Assembly (NCBI GenBank): GCA_944391505.1
Contig: CALXTV010000005.1
Coordinates: 5,033-69,032 of the forward strand
Direction: 5' to 3'
Source of the DNA: an uncultured Alphaproteobacteria bacterium
Lineage (GTDB): Bacteria; Pseudomonadota; Alphaproteobacteria; RF32; CAG-239
Length of the DNA: 64,000 nucleotides
Positions within the stretch are counted from its first letter, which is position 1. Each line of letters starts with the position of its first letter. The notes beneath the pieces were generated by a model. The model had not been told where the DNA came from. It saw nothing but the letters and a program-made list of their open reading frames with translations, and ran no database searches. Positions 31,256 to 42,102 of this stretch are shown piece after piece. The translations under genes were made by a program, and so were the position numbers.

Positions 31256-32092
31256 TTATAAATTAAAACAAAAATCAGCGTTATTCATATGCAATAGTGA
31301 TTCCGGTGTAAAGCGGATGCCGTTAAGAGACGCGCCCCAATGCAGGTGCGGACCGGTAACACGTCCGGTTTTGCCGACTTTGCCGATGATTTGTCCCTGT
31401 TTAACATAATCGCCCGGTTTGACGGAAGTTTCTTTCAGATGCGCATAAATGGTAAAAAGCCGGTGTCCGTGATCTATGACTATTGTGTTGCCGGAATAAA
31501 AATAGTTACCGCCGCTTAAGCGGATAATTCCGTTGGAAGCCGCTTTGACCGGTGTTCCTTCCGGGGCGGCTATATCGGTTCCCTGATGCGGATTCATCTT
31601 CTTGCCGTTCATAATGCGCTGGCCGCCGAAATGACCGCTGATACGTCCTTTGACCGGCATAATAAAGCCTTTTTCCCAATAATTTTTGTTCAGTCCTTTG
31701 GCCAAGGCCTTTTTGAGATCACTGCGTTCGCGGCTGATTTCTTTTTGGTCGGCCGCGGAGGGGGTTACTTTTTTCTGCGGAATGCCTTTGATGTCCTGAA
31801 TGTCCCATTTGGTGGCTGCAATGTTCAGAGAATAGTCTTTGATGTTTCCGTTGCTTTCAACAACTGTCAGCTTTTTTGACGCCGCTTCGTCGCGGCCGAA
31901 AGCCAATAAAAAATTTCCCGAGGGCGTAAGCATATACTCCCTGTCGTCAAAAAGAATCTTTTGCGCGCCGGGTGCATAGCCTTTCAGTATTTCGCCCTGT
32001 GCCGCTTTTCCGCAGAGTTCCAGAGCTTTATTTTCGGTCGGAAACAGCGCCGTCAGAAAACAGGTCAAACAAATCGCCTTGCAGAGTTTCAT
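31256..32092 (-). CDS. M23 family metallopeptidase
   Basis: [16 protein letters not shown]...[14 protein letters not shown]. Signal peptide from [10 protein letters not shown]. The upstream ORF extension is ignored. Confidence 0.8.
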   Translation of the reverse strand: MKLCKAICLTCFLTALFPTENKALELCGKAAQGEILKGYAPGAQKILFDDREYMLTPSGNFLLAFGRDEAASKKLTVVESNGNIKDYSLNIAATKWDIQDIKGIPQKKVTPSAADQKEISRERSDLKKALAKGLNKNYWEKGFIMPVKGRISGHFGGQRIMNGKKMNPHQGTDIAAPEGTPVKAASNGIIRLSGGNYFYSGNTIVIDHGHRLFTIYAHLKETSVKPGDYVKQGQIIGKVGKTGRVTGPHLHWGASLNGIRFTPESLLHMNNADFCFNL

Positions 32093-33392
32093 TTTTCTTT
32101 CGTTCCGTTTTGGTTTTAATGCTGCCGTCAATAAAACGGATTTCCAGCGATGGGCTTTTCTGTGCCTGAGCAACGGAGTAGACCGTTTGCCGGCGGTTGT
32201 CTCGAACCCAGGCAAAACCGCGGCTTAAAACCGAATCTATTGAGACAGAATCAAGTCTAAACGCTAAATTCTTTAAATTTTCTTGCTTTTTTTCAAAAAT
32301 GTTCAAAATGTGATAAGGCCGCAAACTGGTTTGGGCAATCTGGTTTTGTTTGCCGGCAAGCATATTTTTAAAGGCCAGGTGAAGGCGTTCAATCCGGTCG
32401 TCCAGTTTTTGGCGGCTTTCGGCAAGTATTTGTTCCAGATTGGGTATGCCGCGGCTTAAGCCCTCCAGACGGCTGCGGCGTTCTTCAAAATAACGGTTAA
32501 TGCCGTTTGTCAAACGGCTTTGCGCGGTTTGCAGTGTTGCCAGAATTTCGGCCTTGACCGGAACGGCAAATTCGGCGGCGCCGGTCGGGGTCGGTGCACG
32601 TAAGTCGGAAACGTAGTCAATCAGCATGGTGTCGGTTTCGTGGCCGACGGCGGAAATGAGCGGAATTTCCGAATCATAAACGGCTCTGATGACGATTTCT
32701 TCGTTGAACGGCCACAAGTCTTCGAGGCTGCCGCCGCCACGGGCGACAATCAGTACGTCGGGGCGGGGGATTATGCCGCCGCGGGGCAGAGCATTGAACC
32801 CTCTGACGGCCGCGGCAATTTTTTCGGCGGCGCCTTCGCCCTGTACGGGGGTTGGCCAGACAATAATACGGCTGGGAAAGCGGTCGCGAACGCGGTGAAT
32901 AATGTCACGAATGACGGCACCGCTGGCCGATGTGACCACGCCGATGACCTCCGGCAGAAACGGAATTGGCTTTTTGTGCGCAGGGTCGAAAAGGCCTTCG
33001 GCGGCAAATTTTTGTTTGCGCTCTTCCAACAGTTTGAGCAGTGCGCCGGTTCCGGCGATTTCCATTTGTTCAATGACCAACTGATAAGAGGATTTTCCCG
33101 CAAAAGTGGTTATTTTTCCGGTGGCGACGACTTCGAGGCCGTCTTCGGGTTTAAAACCGAGACGGGAAGCGGTGCCTTTCCATATAACGGCGGAAAGTAC
33201 GGCATTCGGGTCTTTTAGTGACAAGTACCAGTGTCCGGAATCGGCGCGTTTGGCGCCAAAAATTTCGCCGCGGATTTTAACCCGGCTGAAGGTCGTTTCA
33301 ACGAATTTTTTTATTTCAAACGAAATTTCACTGACCGTGTATTCGGGCAGTTGCGGGGTTTGCGGTTCCACCAGTTTCAAAAGATCTTCCAT
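32028..33392 (-). CDS. xseA: exodeoxyribonuclease VII large subunit
   Basis: OB-fold N-terminus ([24 protein letters not shown]) and 454 aa. Confidence 0.9.
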   Translation of the reverse strand: MEDLLKLVEPQTPQLPEYTVSEISFEIKKFVETTFSRVKIRGEIFGAKRADSGHWYLSLKDPNAVLSAVIWKGTASRLGFKPEDGLEVVATGKITTFAGKSSYQLVIEQMEIAGTGALLKLLEERKQKFAAEGLFDPAHKKPIPFLPEVIGVVTSASGAVIRDIIHRVRDRFPSRIIVWPTPVQGEGAAEKIAAAVRGFNALPRGGIIPRPDVLIVARGGGSLEDLWPFNEEIVIRAVYDSEIPLISAVGHETDTMLIDYVSDLRAPTPTGAAEFAVPVKAEILATLQTAQSRLTNGINRYFEERRSRLEGLSRGIPNLEQILAESRQKLDDRIERLHLAFKNMLAGKQNQIAQTSLRPYHILNIFEKKQENLKNLAFRLDSVSIDSVLSRGFAWVRDNRRQTVYSVAQAQKSPSLEIRFIDGSIKTKTERKKNETLQGDLFDLFSDGAVSDRK

Positions 33393-33394
33393 AA

Positions 33395-34309
33395 TCAGAT
33401 ATCCAAGAGGTTTTTGGCGTAATCCGCCGCATTGAAAGTATCAAGATCGTCAATGCCTTCGCCGATGCCGATGTAATGTATCGGCGCGGGCTGCTCTTCG
33501 GCGACGGCGACCAGAATGCCGCCTTTGGCCGTGCCGTCGAGTTTGGTGACAATAAGACCTGTGACGTCAACCATTTCCTTAAAAGTCTGTACCTGGGAAA
33601 GGGCGTTTTGTCCGGTGGTGGCGTCAAGAGTCAGCAAGGTGGCATGGGGTGCATCGGGAATAACTTTTTTGATGACGCGGACAACTTTTTTCAATTCGTC
33701 CATCAGGCCGGTTTTGTTTTGCAGGCGTCCGGCAGTGTCAATGAAGACGATATCGTCTTTTTGTCTGACGGCTTCGTTTAGTCCGTCATAGCAGAGGCCG
33801 GCGGCGTCGCAGCCGGCAGCTCCCTTGAAGACGCGTACATCACAGCGTTTTCCCCAGATTTCCAGTTGTTCGACCGCGGCGGCGCGGAAAGTGTCGCCGG
33901 CGATGAACGAGACTTTTTTGCCGTCGGCTTTAAACTTGGCCGCCAGTTTGCCGATGGTTGTGGTTTTGCCGGCACCGTTGACGCCGACCATGAGAATAAC
34001 GAAGGGTTTTTTTGCGTCGTCAATTGTCAGCGGCCGTTCGCAGGGCTTGAGAATCGTTTCAATCTCACCTGCCAGTTCCTTTTTTATTTCGGTTTCGTCG
34101 GCATCTTTGTTCAGGCGGCGCTTGGCAAAAGAACCGATAATTTTGGCACTTGCCCGAACGCCGAGATCGGAGGAAATTAACAGCTCCTCAAGCTCGTCGA
34201 GCGTTTGGGTGTCAACCCTGCGTTTGGTAAAGATGTCGCTGATGCCGCCGGTAAGTTTGGCGGAAGATTTTTTGAGGCCGAAACCTAATTTTTGAAAAAA
34301 ACTAGTCAT
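33395..34309 (-). CDS. ftsY: signal recognition particle receptor FtsY
   Basis: NG domain ([22 protein letters not shown]). Start chosen at MTSFFQKLG. Confidence 0.9.
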   Translation of the reverse strand: MTSFFQKLGFGLKKSSAKLTGGISDIFTKRRVDTQTLDELEELLISSDLGVRASAKIIGSFAKRRLNKDADETEIKKELAGEIETILKPCERPLTIDDAKKPFVILMVGVNGAGKTTTIGKLAAKFKADGKKVSFIAGDTFRAAAVEQLEIWGKRCDVRVFKGAAGCDAAGLCYDGLNEAVRQKDDIVFIDTAGRLQNKTGLMDELKKVVRVIKKVIPDAPHATLLTLDATTGQNALSQVQTFKEMVDVTGLIVTKLDGTAKGGILVAVAEEQPAPIHYIGIGEGIDDLDTFNAADYAKNLLDI

Positions 34310-35345
34310 TGTCCGTTTCTCCGAGTTCCCGCAGAATATGTGCCCGTTTCCGGCGGATTTCAACCGGCACCTGCGGCATGCGGGCCGCAGGGGTTCCGGG
34401 GCGTTCCGAATAGGGGAAAACGTGCAGTCTGGTAATGCCGGCTTCGGTTACCAGCTTGAGGGTGTTCTGAAAATTTTCGTCGCTTTCGGTTGGAAAGCCG
34501 CAGATGAAGTCAGCGCCGAACGTTGCTTCGGGGCGTATACGGCGGACGGCATTGCAAAGTCTGATAACGTCTTCACGGGTATGCCGGCGCCGCATTCTTT
34601 TTAAAATTAAATTATCGCCGGACTGGACGGACAGATGAAAGTGTGGGTAAATATTTTGGTATTTGCCGACCAAAGCGATGAAATCGTCATCGACGGCGGC
34701 CGGATCAAGTGAGCCGAACTGCAGGGAAGGAAGTTCGGGAATTTGTTCCAGAATGTGCCGCACCAAACCGCTGAACGAGGGGCGGTAGGAACAGGCGTCG
34801 ACGCCGGTCAGACAGATTTCCCTGAAACCGCGGCCGAGGAGCTCGCGAATCTGGCTGATGATGTCTTCTTCTTTTACCGAGCGGTTGTTGCCGCGCGCAT
34901 AGGGGACAATACAGTAAGTGCAGCGGTGGCTGCAGCCCTGCTGAATTTGAACAAAAGCGCGGTGCCGTCCTTCAAAACCGGTTATCAGGTAACGGTCGTA
35001 ATCGTCATAAGAAAAAATGTCGCCGACAAAGCTTTTTCTGTCAGGATTTTCGGTCAGATATTTTTCGATTTCGGCTTTTTCTTTGTTGCCGAGGACCAAG
35101 TCGACTTCCGGCATGGCGGCGAATTTTTGCGGTGCGATTTGGGCGGCGCAGCCGGTAACGATTATCCGGACGTTCGGCTTTTCGCGGCGGAGTTTGCGAA
35201 TGGCCTGCCGGCACTGGCGTTCGGCTTCGCCGGTGACGGCGCAGGTGTTGATTATGACAAGGTTGTCCAAAGCGGCAAGCTTTTCTTTTAATACTTCCGA
35301 TTCATACGCGTTTATGCGGCATCCGAACGTGATGACTTCAACCAT
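34302..35345 (-). CDS. MiaB/RimO-family radical-SAM methylthiotransferase (MtaB-like)
   Basis: N-terminal MTTase cysteines (FGCRINAYES...NTCAV...TGC) plus the radical SAM CSHRCTYC motif. Confidence 0.75.
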   Translation of the reverse strand: MVEVITFGCRINAYESEVLKEKLAALDNLVIINTCAVTGEAERQCRQAIRKLRREKPNVRIIVTGCAAQIAPQKFAAMPEVDLVLGNKEKAEIEKYLTENPDRKSFVGDIFSYDDYDRYLITGFEGRHRAFVQIQQGCSHRCTYCIVPYARGNNRSVKEEDIISQIRELLGRGFREICLTGVDACSYRPSFSGLVRHILEQIPELPSLQFGSLDPAAVDDDFIALVGKYQNIYPHFHLSVQSGDNLILKRMRRRHTREDVIRLCNAVRRIRPEATFGADFICGFPTESDENFQNTLKLVTEAGITRLHVFPYSERPGTPAARMPQVPVEIRRKRAHILRELGETDND

Positions 35346-35408
35346 AAAAAATCCTCCTCAGCGCAATATACGGCAAGAGGAGGATAAAATCAAACCAGAA
35401 ATTTGTTA

Positions 35409-36386
35409 TTAAACCGATTTCAGATTTTCTTCCATGTCTTTGGTTATGATTTCAACGGCTTTGTCGGAATATTCCTTAATCTTCCGGGCGCTGTAACGCA
35501 GGTCGTTGTGCTCGTTTTCTGAAAGTTTCGGATAGATGACGCCGTGTATGCCGCGTTTGCCGATGACGGTCGGCAGCGAGAGGCAGACGTCTTTGACGCC
35601 TTCAACATCGTCATGGTGCGTAGAAACGGTCAAAATGGCATATTCGTTGTTGGAAATAGCCTGACAAATCTGGCAAAGTGCTCCGGCGATTCCGTAAAAC
35701 GTGGCGCCTTTGCCTTCGATAATCTGGTAGGCGGCATTGCGGACACAGTCGTCTATATGAGCCTTGACTTCGGCTGTAAGCGGTTTATTTTCCATGCGGG
35801 CCAGTTCTTCAATCTGTACCGAGCCGGCGTCGCCGTTTGACCAGGCGAGAACTTCGCTGTCGCCGTGTTCACCGAGAACATTGGCATGGATTGATTTCGG
35901 CGAAACGCCGAGGTGGTAGCCGAGCAGGGTGCGGAAACGGGAGGTATCAAGCACGGTGCCGCTGCCGATGACCCGTTCACGCGGAAAACCGGAGAGCTTG
36001 AGCGCCACTTCGGTCATGATGTCGGCCGGATTGGAAGTAATAATCAAAATTGTATCCGGTGCGTGTTCGGCAATTTGAGGAATAATGTTTTCAAAAATTT
36101 TGGCGTTGCGGCCGAGAAGGTCAATACGGGTTTCGCCGGGTTTTTGATTGGCGCCTGCGGTAACGATGACGACTTCGGCTCCCTTCAAATCTTCATAAGT
36201 TCCGGCCTTGACTTTGTTGGCGTAAGCAAAAGGCGCCGCATGGGCAATATCCATGGCTTCGGCCTGAGCCTTTTTCTCGTTGGCGTCAATTAAAACGACT
36301 TTGCGGGCGACGCCTCTCATAATCAGTGCAAATGCCGTTGCCGAACCTACCGAGCCGGCTCCTATTATTCCTACTTTCATTTTCAT
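35409..36386 (-). CDS. ldh: L-lactate dehydrogenase (LDH/MDH superfamily, Gln at the substrate-specificity position)
   Basis: MKVGIIGAGSVGSATAF... and GANQKPGETR. Start chosen at MKMKVGII. Confidence 0.75.
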   Translation of the reverse strand: MKMKVGIIGAGSVGSATAFALIMRGVARKVVLIDANEKKAQAEAMDIAHAAPFAYANKVKAGTYEDLKGAEVVIVTAGANQKPGETRIDLLGRNAKIFENIIPQIAEHAPDTILIITSNPADIMTEVALKLSGFPRERVIGSGTVLDTSRFRTLLGYHLGVSPKSIHANVLGEHGDSEVLAWSNGDAGSVQIEELARMENKPLTAEVKAHIDDCVRNAAYQIIEGKGATFYGIAGALCQICQAISNNEYAILTVSTHHDDVEGVKDVCLSLPTVIGKRGIHGVIYPKLSENEHNDLRYSARKIKEYSDKAVEIITKDMEENLKSV

Positions 36387-36411
36387 CTTTCCTTTCAAGC
36401 TTGTCTGGCGC

Positions 36412-36449
36412 GCATTCAGAGCAATTTGCCGCGGTCTCGAAAAATTCAT
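36412..36449 (+). repeat. 38-bp direct repeat, copy 1 (gcattcagagcaatttgccgcggtctcgaaaaattcat), ldh upstream region
   Basis: Exact duplicate of 36536-36573. Preceded by an inverted-repeat arm, caagcttgtctgg (36398-36410), whose partner ccagacaagcttg lies at 36507-36519. Confidence 0.75.
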
Positions 36450-36535
36450 GTACTTCTTTGTACACTGGAATTTTTTTCGCCTTGCAAACTTACTCCGACT
36501 GCATCACCAGACAAGCTTGAAGCTTAGTTGGGTAC

Positions 36536-36573
36536 GCATTCAGAGCAATTTGCCGCGGTCTCGAAAAATTCAT
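36536..36573 (+). repeat. 38-bp direct repeat, copy 2
   Basis: Identical to copy 1. Confidence 0.75.
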
Positions 36574-36725
36574 CTCCATTGTCAAGACGGCGTTGCGCGT
36601 TCAGCACAAGGGTTATTTTTGTCTCTTATAAATTTTCAGGTGCTAATATAGGAATTTTTTTGCTAAATACAACAAAAAAGGTCATCAAAAATGATGACCT
36701 TTTTGTAACAATTTTTAATTTGCGT

Positions 36726-36995
36726 TTATTCGGCGGGAACGGCATCTGCCGGAATTTCCTCTTCAGCCGGTTCGGCAGCTTCTTCGACACTGACGGCCTC
36801 TTCCGCGCTGACGGTTTCTTCTTCGGCAATCGGGTTGCCGTTTTCGTCGACTGCAATATCTTCAGAAACGCCCTCAGGAATGACTTCTTCTGTGGTAATT
36901 ACTTCGGAAGGAACTGTCTGATTGCCTTGTTTGACAAAACGGCTGATGACCATCAGGGCAACGATAACCAAAACAATATAAAAAATTTTTTTCAT
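36726..36995 (-). CDS. small membrane-anchored acidic (Glu/Pro/Ala-rich) protein
   Basis: TM helix starting at MKKIFYIVLVIVALMVI, followed by a highly acidic tail. Confidence 0.4.
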   Translation of the reverse strand: MKKIFYIVLVIVALMVISRFVKQGNQTVPSEVITTEEVIPEGVSEDIAVDENGNPIAEEETVSAEEAVSVEEAAEPAEEEIPADAVPAE

Positions 36996-37287
36996 GTTCT
37001 TACCTTTAAAGCCAGAGTTGAAATAACTGTATATAATGATTATTTCCTTAATGTCCAATTGTCAATAAGAAGCGTATTTATTCGGCGGAAAAATATCTGA
37101 AATGATTTTATCCACTTTTTTGCAGAGCTGAAAAGTCGGGTTTTTAAGCGTTTCTGGCTTTTTGCACATTTTGCCGCCGCAGAATTTTAAAATAATGCTT
37201 GTCAAATAATATAAATTTGTGCTAACTAGTCAATCACAGGCCGGGAGGTCTGAAAATTTGTTTTAATATTTTTTGAGGTTTATCCAT

Positions 37288-37521
37288 ATGACTGATACAG
37301 CTAACCGCGTTAAGAAAATTGTTGCAGAACACCTTGGCGTCGAAGAATCCAAAGTTACCGATACCGCTAGCTTCATCGATGATCTGGGCGCTGACAGTTT
37401 GGATACGGTAGAATTGGTTATGGCTTTTGAGGAAGAGTTCGGCTGTGAAATCCCGGACGAAGCTGCCGAAAAGATTCTGACCGTAAAAGACGCTATCGAT
37501 TATCTTTCGAAGAACGCATAA
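37288..37521 (+). CDS. acpP: acyl carrier protein
   Basis: [20 protein letters not shown] is the canonical ACP sequence. Confidence 0.95.
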   Translation: MTDTANRVKKIVAEHLGVEESKVTDTASFIDDLGADSLDTVELVMAFEEEFGCEIPDEAAEKILTVKDAIDYLSKNA

Positions 37522-37642
37522 GTCTACAGGCTTTGTACAATTGATGAAACTCGCTTGACTAAGCGAGTTTTTTCATATAATAGAGTGATAAATTGTGCGG
37601 CGGCCGCCGTGCATGATGATGTAACTTATTCGGAGTTAGTTA

Positions 37643-38911
37643 ATGAGAAGAGTTGTTGTAACCGGACTGGGCATGGTTTCTCCTTTTGGCAGAGGCGTGG
37701 ACTTTAACTGGAAAAACATTTTGGACGGCAAGTCGGGTATCAGAAAAATTGATAATATTGATTTGAAAGATATTCCGTGCCAGATTGCCGGTCAGGTTCC
37801 TTTCGGCAAAGGCGAAAACCAGTTTGATCCGGATACTGTTATGGCTCCCAAAGACCAGAAAAAGGTTGATAAATTTATATTGTACGGACTGGCGGCCGGC
37901 GGAGATGCCATTGAAGATTCCGGATGGAAACCGGAAAGTGATGAAGATCAGTTCCGTTCCGGCGTTATGATGGGTTCGGGTATCGGCGGTTTGCAGACGA
38001 TTTACGAAAATTCGCTGATTTTTAATGAATCCGGTTGTCACAAAATGTCGCCGTTTTTTATTCCGGCCTGTCTGATTAACATGATTTCCGGCAACCTTTC
38101 GATTGTCTATAAATATAAAGGTCCGAATCATGCTTGCGTTACGGCATGTTCGACCGGCACACACGCCATCGGTGATGCCATGCGCATTATTGCCATGGGC
38201 GATGCCGATGTTATGGTTGCAGGCGGTGCCGAATCAGCGGTTAATGTCTTGTCTTTGGCCGGTTTTTCCCGTTTGCGTGCGGTAACGACAGCTTTTAACG
38301 ATTGTCCGGAAAAAGCTTCTCGTCCGTGGGACAAAGAACGCAGCGGTTTCGTCATGGGCGAAGGTTCCGGTGCGCTGGTGTTGGAAGAATTGGAACATGC
38401 AAAAGCCCGCGGTGCCAAGATTTATGCCGAAGTTGTCGGCTATGGCATGAGCGGTGACGCTTATCACATTACCGCACCGTCGGGAGACGGTGCTTACCGT
38501 GCCATGAAGCAGGCCGCGGCTCATGCCAAGGAGCACGGCATTGAGCTGAGCGATATCGGATATATTAATGCACATGGTACTTCAACGCCCGCCGGTGATG
38601 TCGGTGAAGCTTTGGCTGTTGAGCGCTTGTTTGGCGAAGACATGAAAACGGTTTCGATGTCTTCAACCAAGTCGGCCATCGGGCATCTGCTCGGAGCGGC
38701 CGGTGCCGTTGAGGCGGTTTTGTCGGTTAAAGCGCTGCAGGATCAAATTTGTCCGCCGACGTTGAATCTTGAAAATCCGGCTGATGAAGTCGCTCATATG
38801 GATTTGGTGCCGCTGAAGGCCAAGCCGAAAGCCCTGAAGGCGGTTATGTCGAATTCGTTTGGTTTCGGCGGGACGAATTCCTCGTTGATTTTCAAAAAAT
38901 ACGAAGCTTAG
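37643..38911 (+). CDS. fabF: 3-oxoacyl-ACP synthase II
   Basis: MRRVVVTGLGMVSP...ACSTGTHAIGDA...; 422 aa. Confidence 0.95.
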   Translation: MRRVVVTGLGMVSPFGRGVDFNWKNILDGKSGIRKIDNIDLKDIPCQIAGQVPFGKGENQFDPDTVMAPKDQKKVDKFILYGLAAGGDAIEDSGWKPESDEDQFRSGVMMGSGIGGLQTIYENSLIFNESGCHKMSPFFIPACLINMISGNLSIVYKYKGPNHACVTACSTGTHAIGDAMRIIAMGDADVMVAGGAESAVNVLSLAGFSRLRAVTTAFNDCPEKASRPWDKERSGFVMGEGSGALVLEELEHAKARGAKIYAEVVGYGMSGDAYHITAPSGDGAYRAMKQAAAHAKEHGIELSDIGYINAHGTSTPAGDVGEALAVERLFGEDMKTVSMSSTKSAIGHLLGAAGAVEAVLSVKALQDQICPPTLNLENPADEVAHMDLVPLKAKPKALKAVMSNSFGFGGTNSSLIFKKYEA

Positions 38912-38928
38912 CAAATTAAAGAACACCG

Positions 38929-39888
38929 ATGAAGAAACTTATAATTATTTTATTGGTTGTTGTCTTGTCGGTGTCTGCCTATATGCAGGTTAAGGGGTGG
39001 ATTGCCGACAGCGGTCCGCTCCTTAATGTTACGAATGTGATTATTCCGAAGGGTGCATCGCTGAAAGCGGTTACCGAAGAGCTTGTGCGAGCAGGTGTGA
39101 TTGACAAGCCCCGGTTGTTTCGTGTCATGGCCCGTCTTAACGGACTGGACAAGCATCTTAAGGCAGGGGAATATCAGTTTATACCGGGTGTTTCGCTGCA
39201 GGCGGTTATGGATAAAATTTCGCAGGGAGAGGTTTTCTTTCGGAAAATTACTATTCCCGAAGGGCTTACAAGCGGTCAGATTATGTATCTGATTGCCAAT
39301 TATCCGGATTTGGAAGGCGAAATTGATATTGACGTTAAGGAAGGCGAACTTTTGCCCGAAACGTACAGCTTTGAGCTGGGTGCCAGCCGCAACAGCATTA
39401 TCTTGCAGGCTAAGGCCGCCATGCAGAAAACTTTGGAGGAAGTCTGGGCCGGGCGCGACAGTGATTTGCCTTTGAAAAATATTGACGAATTGTTGACGCT
39501 GGCTTCGATTATCGAAAAGGAAACCGGCGTGCCGGAAGAAAGACCGTTGGTGGCTTCGGTGTTTTTGAACAGATTGAAAAAAGGGATGCGGCTGCAAACT
39601 GATCCGACGGTTATCTATGCCATTACGGAAGGGGAGACTTCGTTTGGACGCAGTTTGAAACGTGCGGATCTTAAAATCGACAGCCCTTACAACACTTATC
39701 TGAATTATGGTTTGCCCCCCGGGCCGATATGTAATCCGGGACGGGAGGCTCTTATGGCTGCCGCGCGACCGCAGCAGAGCCGATATCTGTTTTTTGTGGC
39801 GGACGGCAAAGGCGGACATCGTTTTGCCGAAACTTTAAAAGAGCATAATCGCAATGTGAAAAGCTGGCTTCGGTCGCTGAAAAAATAA
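38929..39888 (+). CDS. mltG: endolytic murein transglycosylase MltG (YceG-like)
   Basis: N-terminal TM helix and YceG domain; conserved position after fabF. Confidence 0.85.
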   Translation: MKKLIIILLVVVLSVSAYMQVKGWIADSGPLLNVTNVIIPKGASLKAVTEELVRAGVIDKPRLFRVMARLNGLDKHLKAGEYQFIPGVSLQAVMDKISQGEVFFRKITIPEGLTSGQIMYLIANYPDLEGEIDIDVKEGELLPETYSFELGASRNSIILQAKAAMQKTLEEVWAGRDSDLPLKNIDELLTLASIIEKETGVPEERPLVASVFLNRLKKGMRLQTDPTVIYAITEGETSFGRSLKRADLKIDSPYNTYLNYGLPPGPICNPGREALMAAARPQQSRYLFFVADGKGGHRFAETLKEHNRNVKSWLRSLKK

Positions 39889-39972
39889 ATCATTTACATT
39901 TTGGACAAAAAGTTCTATGCTAATCCATAGTTTTTTATGGATATGTATTTATAATTCTTAAAATCAGATATT

Positions 39973-40242
39973 ATGTTCGAGAGTTTAATTTTGATTGTCG
40001 TTGCAGCAGCTGCGGCGGCATTGTCAATTTGGTTTTGTTTGCGGATGTTTAAATTGAAACGGGTCAGTCCGCGGTTTTCAATAACGTTATTAAAAATACT
40101 TGTCTGTTTTTTTGTTATTGAACTTTTGGCCGTTGCGAACGATTTTTCCCGGTTGACCTGCTGGGCCTTTGGTAATGTGATTATTACAGCCGTGGTATGG
40201 ATTGTCTATATCGGCGGCAAACATTTAAAAACCAAAAAATAG
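39973..40242 (+). CDS. small hypothetical membrane protein (89 aa)
   Basis: Two predicted TM helices. Confidence 0.35.
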   Translation: MFESLILIVVAAAAAALSIWFCLRMFKLKRVSPRFSITLLKILVCFFVIELLAVANDFSRLTCWAFGNVIITAVVWIVYIGGKHLKTKK

Positions 40243-40251
40243 ATTACTATT

Positions 40252-40488
40252 ATGGATTACAGAAAAGAACTGAAAGAACTTCTTGTTTATCAGGTCGGTG
40301 GTGGAGTTCCTATGTCGGAAATTAACAATAAGACCGAACTTTATCTATTCGGAATTAATGACCTTGATATGTTGAGATTAAGCTCGTTGATAGAGTTTCA
40401 TCTTGGGGTGTGTATACCGGTATTTGTTTTGCAAACGGAAGTGAAGACTTTCGGGGATTTGGTGGAACAGGTTTATCTGTTTGCGTAA
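40252..40488 (+). CDS. ACP-like small protein lacking the phosphopantetheine Ser (78 aa)
   Basis: LFGINDLDMLRLSSLIEFHLGVCIP...TFGDLVEQVY parallels [15 protein letters not shown]...FGVEIP...TVGDAIDYI, but the Ser is replaced by Asp. Confidence 0.3.
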   Translation: MDYRKELKELLVYQVGGGVPMSEINNKTELYLFGINDLDMLRLSSLIEFHLGVCIPVFVLQTEVKTFGDLVEQVYLFA

Positions 40489-40534
40489 AAAAGAAGAGGT
40501 TTTTGCCCGGTGCGGTAAAGACCTTTTCTTGTTT

Positions 40535-41095
40535 TCAGGCATTACCCTTTGTTTCCATCATCATCGGGTAGAGCGCCTGTTTGGGATCCATGCCTTTGGT
40601 CAGGACAACGTTGAAAATCGGATACATGCGTTCGCATTCTTTGATGGCAATGTCAATAATCTGCGAAATTTTGTTCTCAAGCATTTCTTCGTCGTCGTTG
40701 ATGATGACGGAATGTTTGAAAACGGGCATGTTTTGTTCGGTCCAGTAAGAAAAGTGTCCGACCCAGAGCTCTTCATTGGCCAGCGCCAGAAGTTCAAAAA
40801 TTTTACTGCGGTCTTCAATGGTGCTTTTGATATCCATCAGGCAGGAAAAATGCAGACAGCGCATATTTTCTTCCCAGGCAAAGAAAAGCAGCATGTTGTT
40901 CCACTTTCCCTGAACTTCAACGACAACTTCGTTGAGGCCGCGTCGTTCCAACTCGAAAGAACGGCTGCCGAAAATGGTTTCGACCGTGTCTATCGGATTG
41001 TATTCTGAGGCTAAATTCTTTGCCGGGTTCATCGTGAGTTTCTCCGCCAGGGTTTGATTTTGCAGCCGTGCCGCATCGATAAAAACAGATTGCAT
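40535..41095 (-). CDS. YbjN-like (T3SS-chaperone-like fold) hypothetical protein
   Basis: 186 aa; family assignment is tentative, from size and pattern. Confidence 0.35.
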   Translation of the reverse strand: MQSVFIDAARLQNQTLAEKLTMNPAKNLASEYNPIDTVETIFGSRSFELERRGLNEVVVEVQGKWNNMLLFFAWEENMRCLHFSCLMDIKSTIEDRSKIFELLALANEELWVGHFSYWTEQNMPVFKHSVIINDDEEMLENKISQIIDIAIKECERMYPIFNVVLTKGMDPKQALYPMMMETKGNA

Positions 41096-41287
41096 TACCG
41101 AGTCGGTGATTACAATAAATTAAAAAAAGTTTTCCACTTAAATCGGGAAACGAAAAAAAACTGAAAAGAAAATTTACGTTAAATCAGTGTGCTGACAAGG
41201 AACAGTGCAAATTAAAATTTTTTAGATGTGGATATATTTTTTTTTGTTAATATAGTTTTAATCAATTTGCTGCCGAGAAAGGAAAAA

Positions 41288-42088
41288 ATGATGACAGGCC
41301 TTGATTTTCCAGATATCTCACCGATTATGTTTTCTATCGGTCCGGTTGCCGTGCGCTGGTACTCGATGGCATATCTGTTCGGTATTCTGGCCGGGTGGTA
41401 TCTGGTTGTCCGGAACGTAAAAAAATACAATTTGTCTTTAAGCAAAGCGGATATTGAAGATATGGTTTTTTATCTGACGCTGGGGATTATTCTAGGCGGG
41501 CGTCTGGGGTATGTTTTGTTTTACGGCAAAGAGTATTTTTGGGAAAATCCGCTGCGCATATTGGAAATCTGGCAGGGCGGTATGTCTTTTCACGGCGGGG
41601 TCATCGGCGTTGCCGCGGCTTTGTGGCTGTTTTCCAAAAAGATAAATTACGGTTTTTTGCGACTGACGGATTTGGTGGTTTTATATGCACCTATCGGTAT
41701 TTTCTGCGGCCGGCTGGCCAATTTTGCAAATGACGAGTTGTGGGGGCGGGTAACCGATGTGCCTTGGGCTGTGCGCTTTCCGAGCGGCGGTTATCTGCCG
41801 CGCCATCCGTCGCAGTTGTATGAGGCTTTGTTTGAGGGGCTGGTCATGTTTATCGTGCTGAATTTGTTGTGGCGGTATAAGTGGATACGCGAAAGGCACG
41901 GTTTCGTTTCCGCGTTGTTTGTGGCGCTGTACGGTGTTTTTCGTATTGTTCTGGAACAGTTTCGCGAGCCTGACGAGCAAATGGGGTTCTTTTTCAACTC
42001 GGTTACGATGGGGCAGATTTTGTCGTTGCCGTTGGTGTTGCTTGGCGTATCGGTTATGTTGTATCTGGCCAGGAAGAAGCCGGCCTGA
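41288..42088 (+). CDS. lgt: prolipoprotein diacylglyceryl transferase
   Basis: FSIGPVAVRWYSMAYLFGIL...; polytopic membrane protein. Start at MMTGLDF. Confidence 0.9.
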   Translation: MMTGLDFPDISPIMFSIGPVAVRWYSMAYLFGILAGWYLVVRNVKKYNLSLSKADIEDMVFYLTLGIILGGRLGYVLFYGKEYFWENPLRILEIWQGGMSFHGGVIGVAAALWLFSKKINYGFLRLTDLVVLYAPIGIFCGRLANFANDELWGRVTDVPWAVRFPSGGYLPRHPSQLYEALFEGLVMFIVLNLLWRYKWIRERHGFVSALFVALYGVFRIVLEQFREPDEQMGFFFNSVTMGQILSLPLVLLGVSVMLYLARKKPA

Positions 42089-42102
42089 TTTGTTTTGTAA
42101 GA

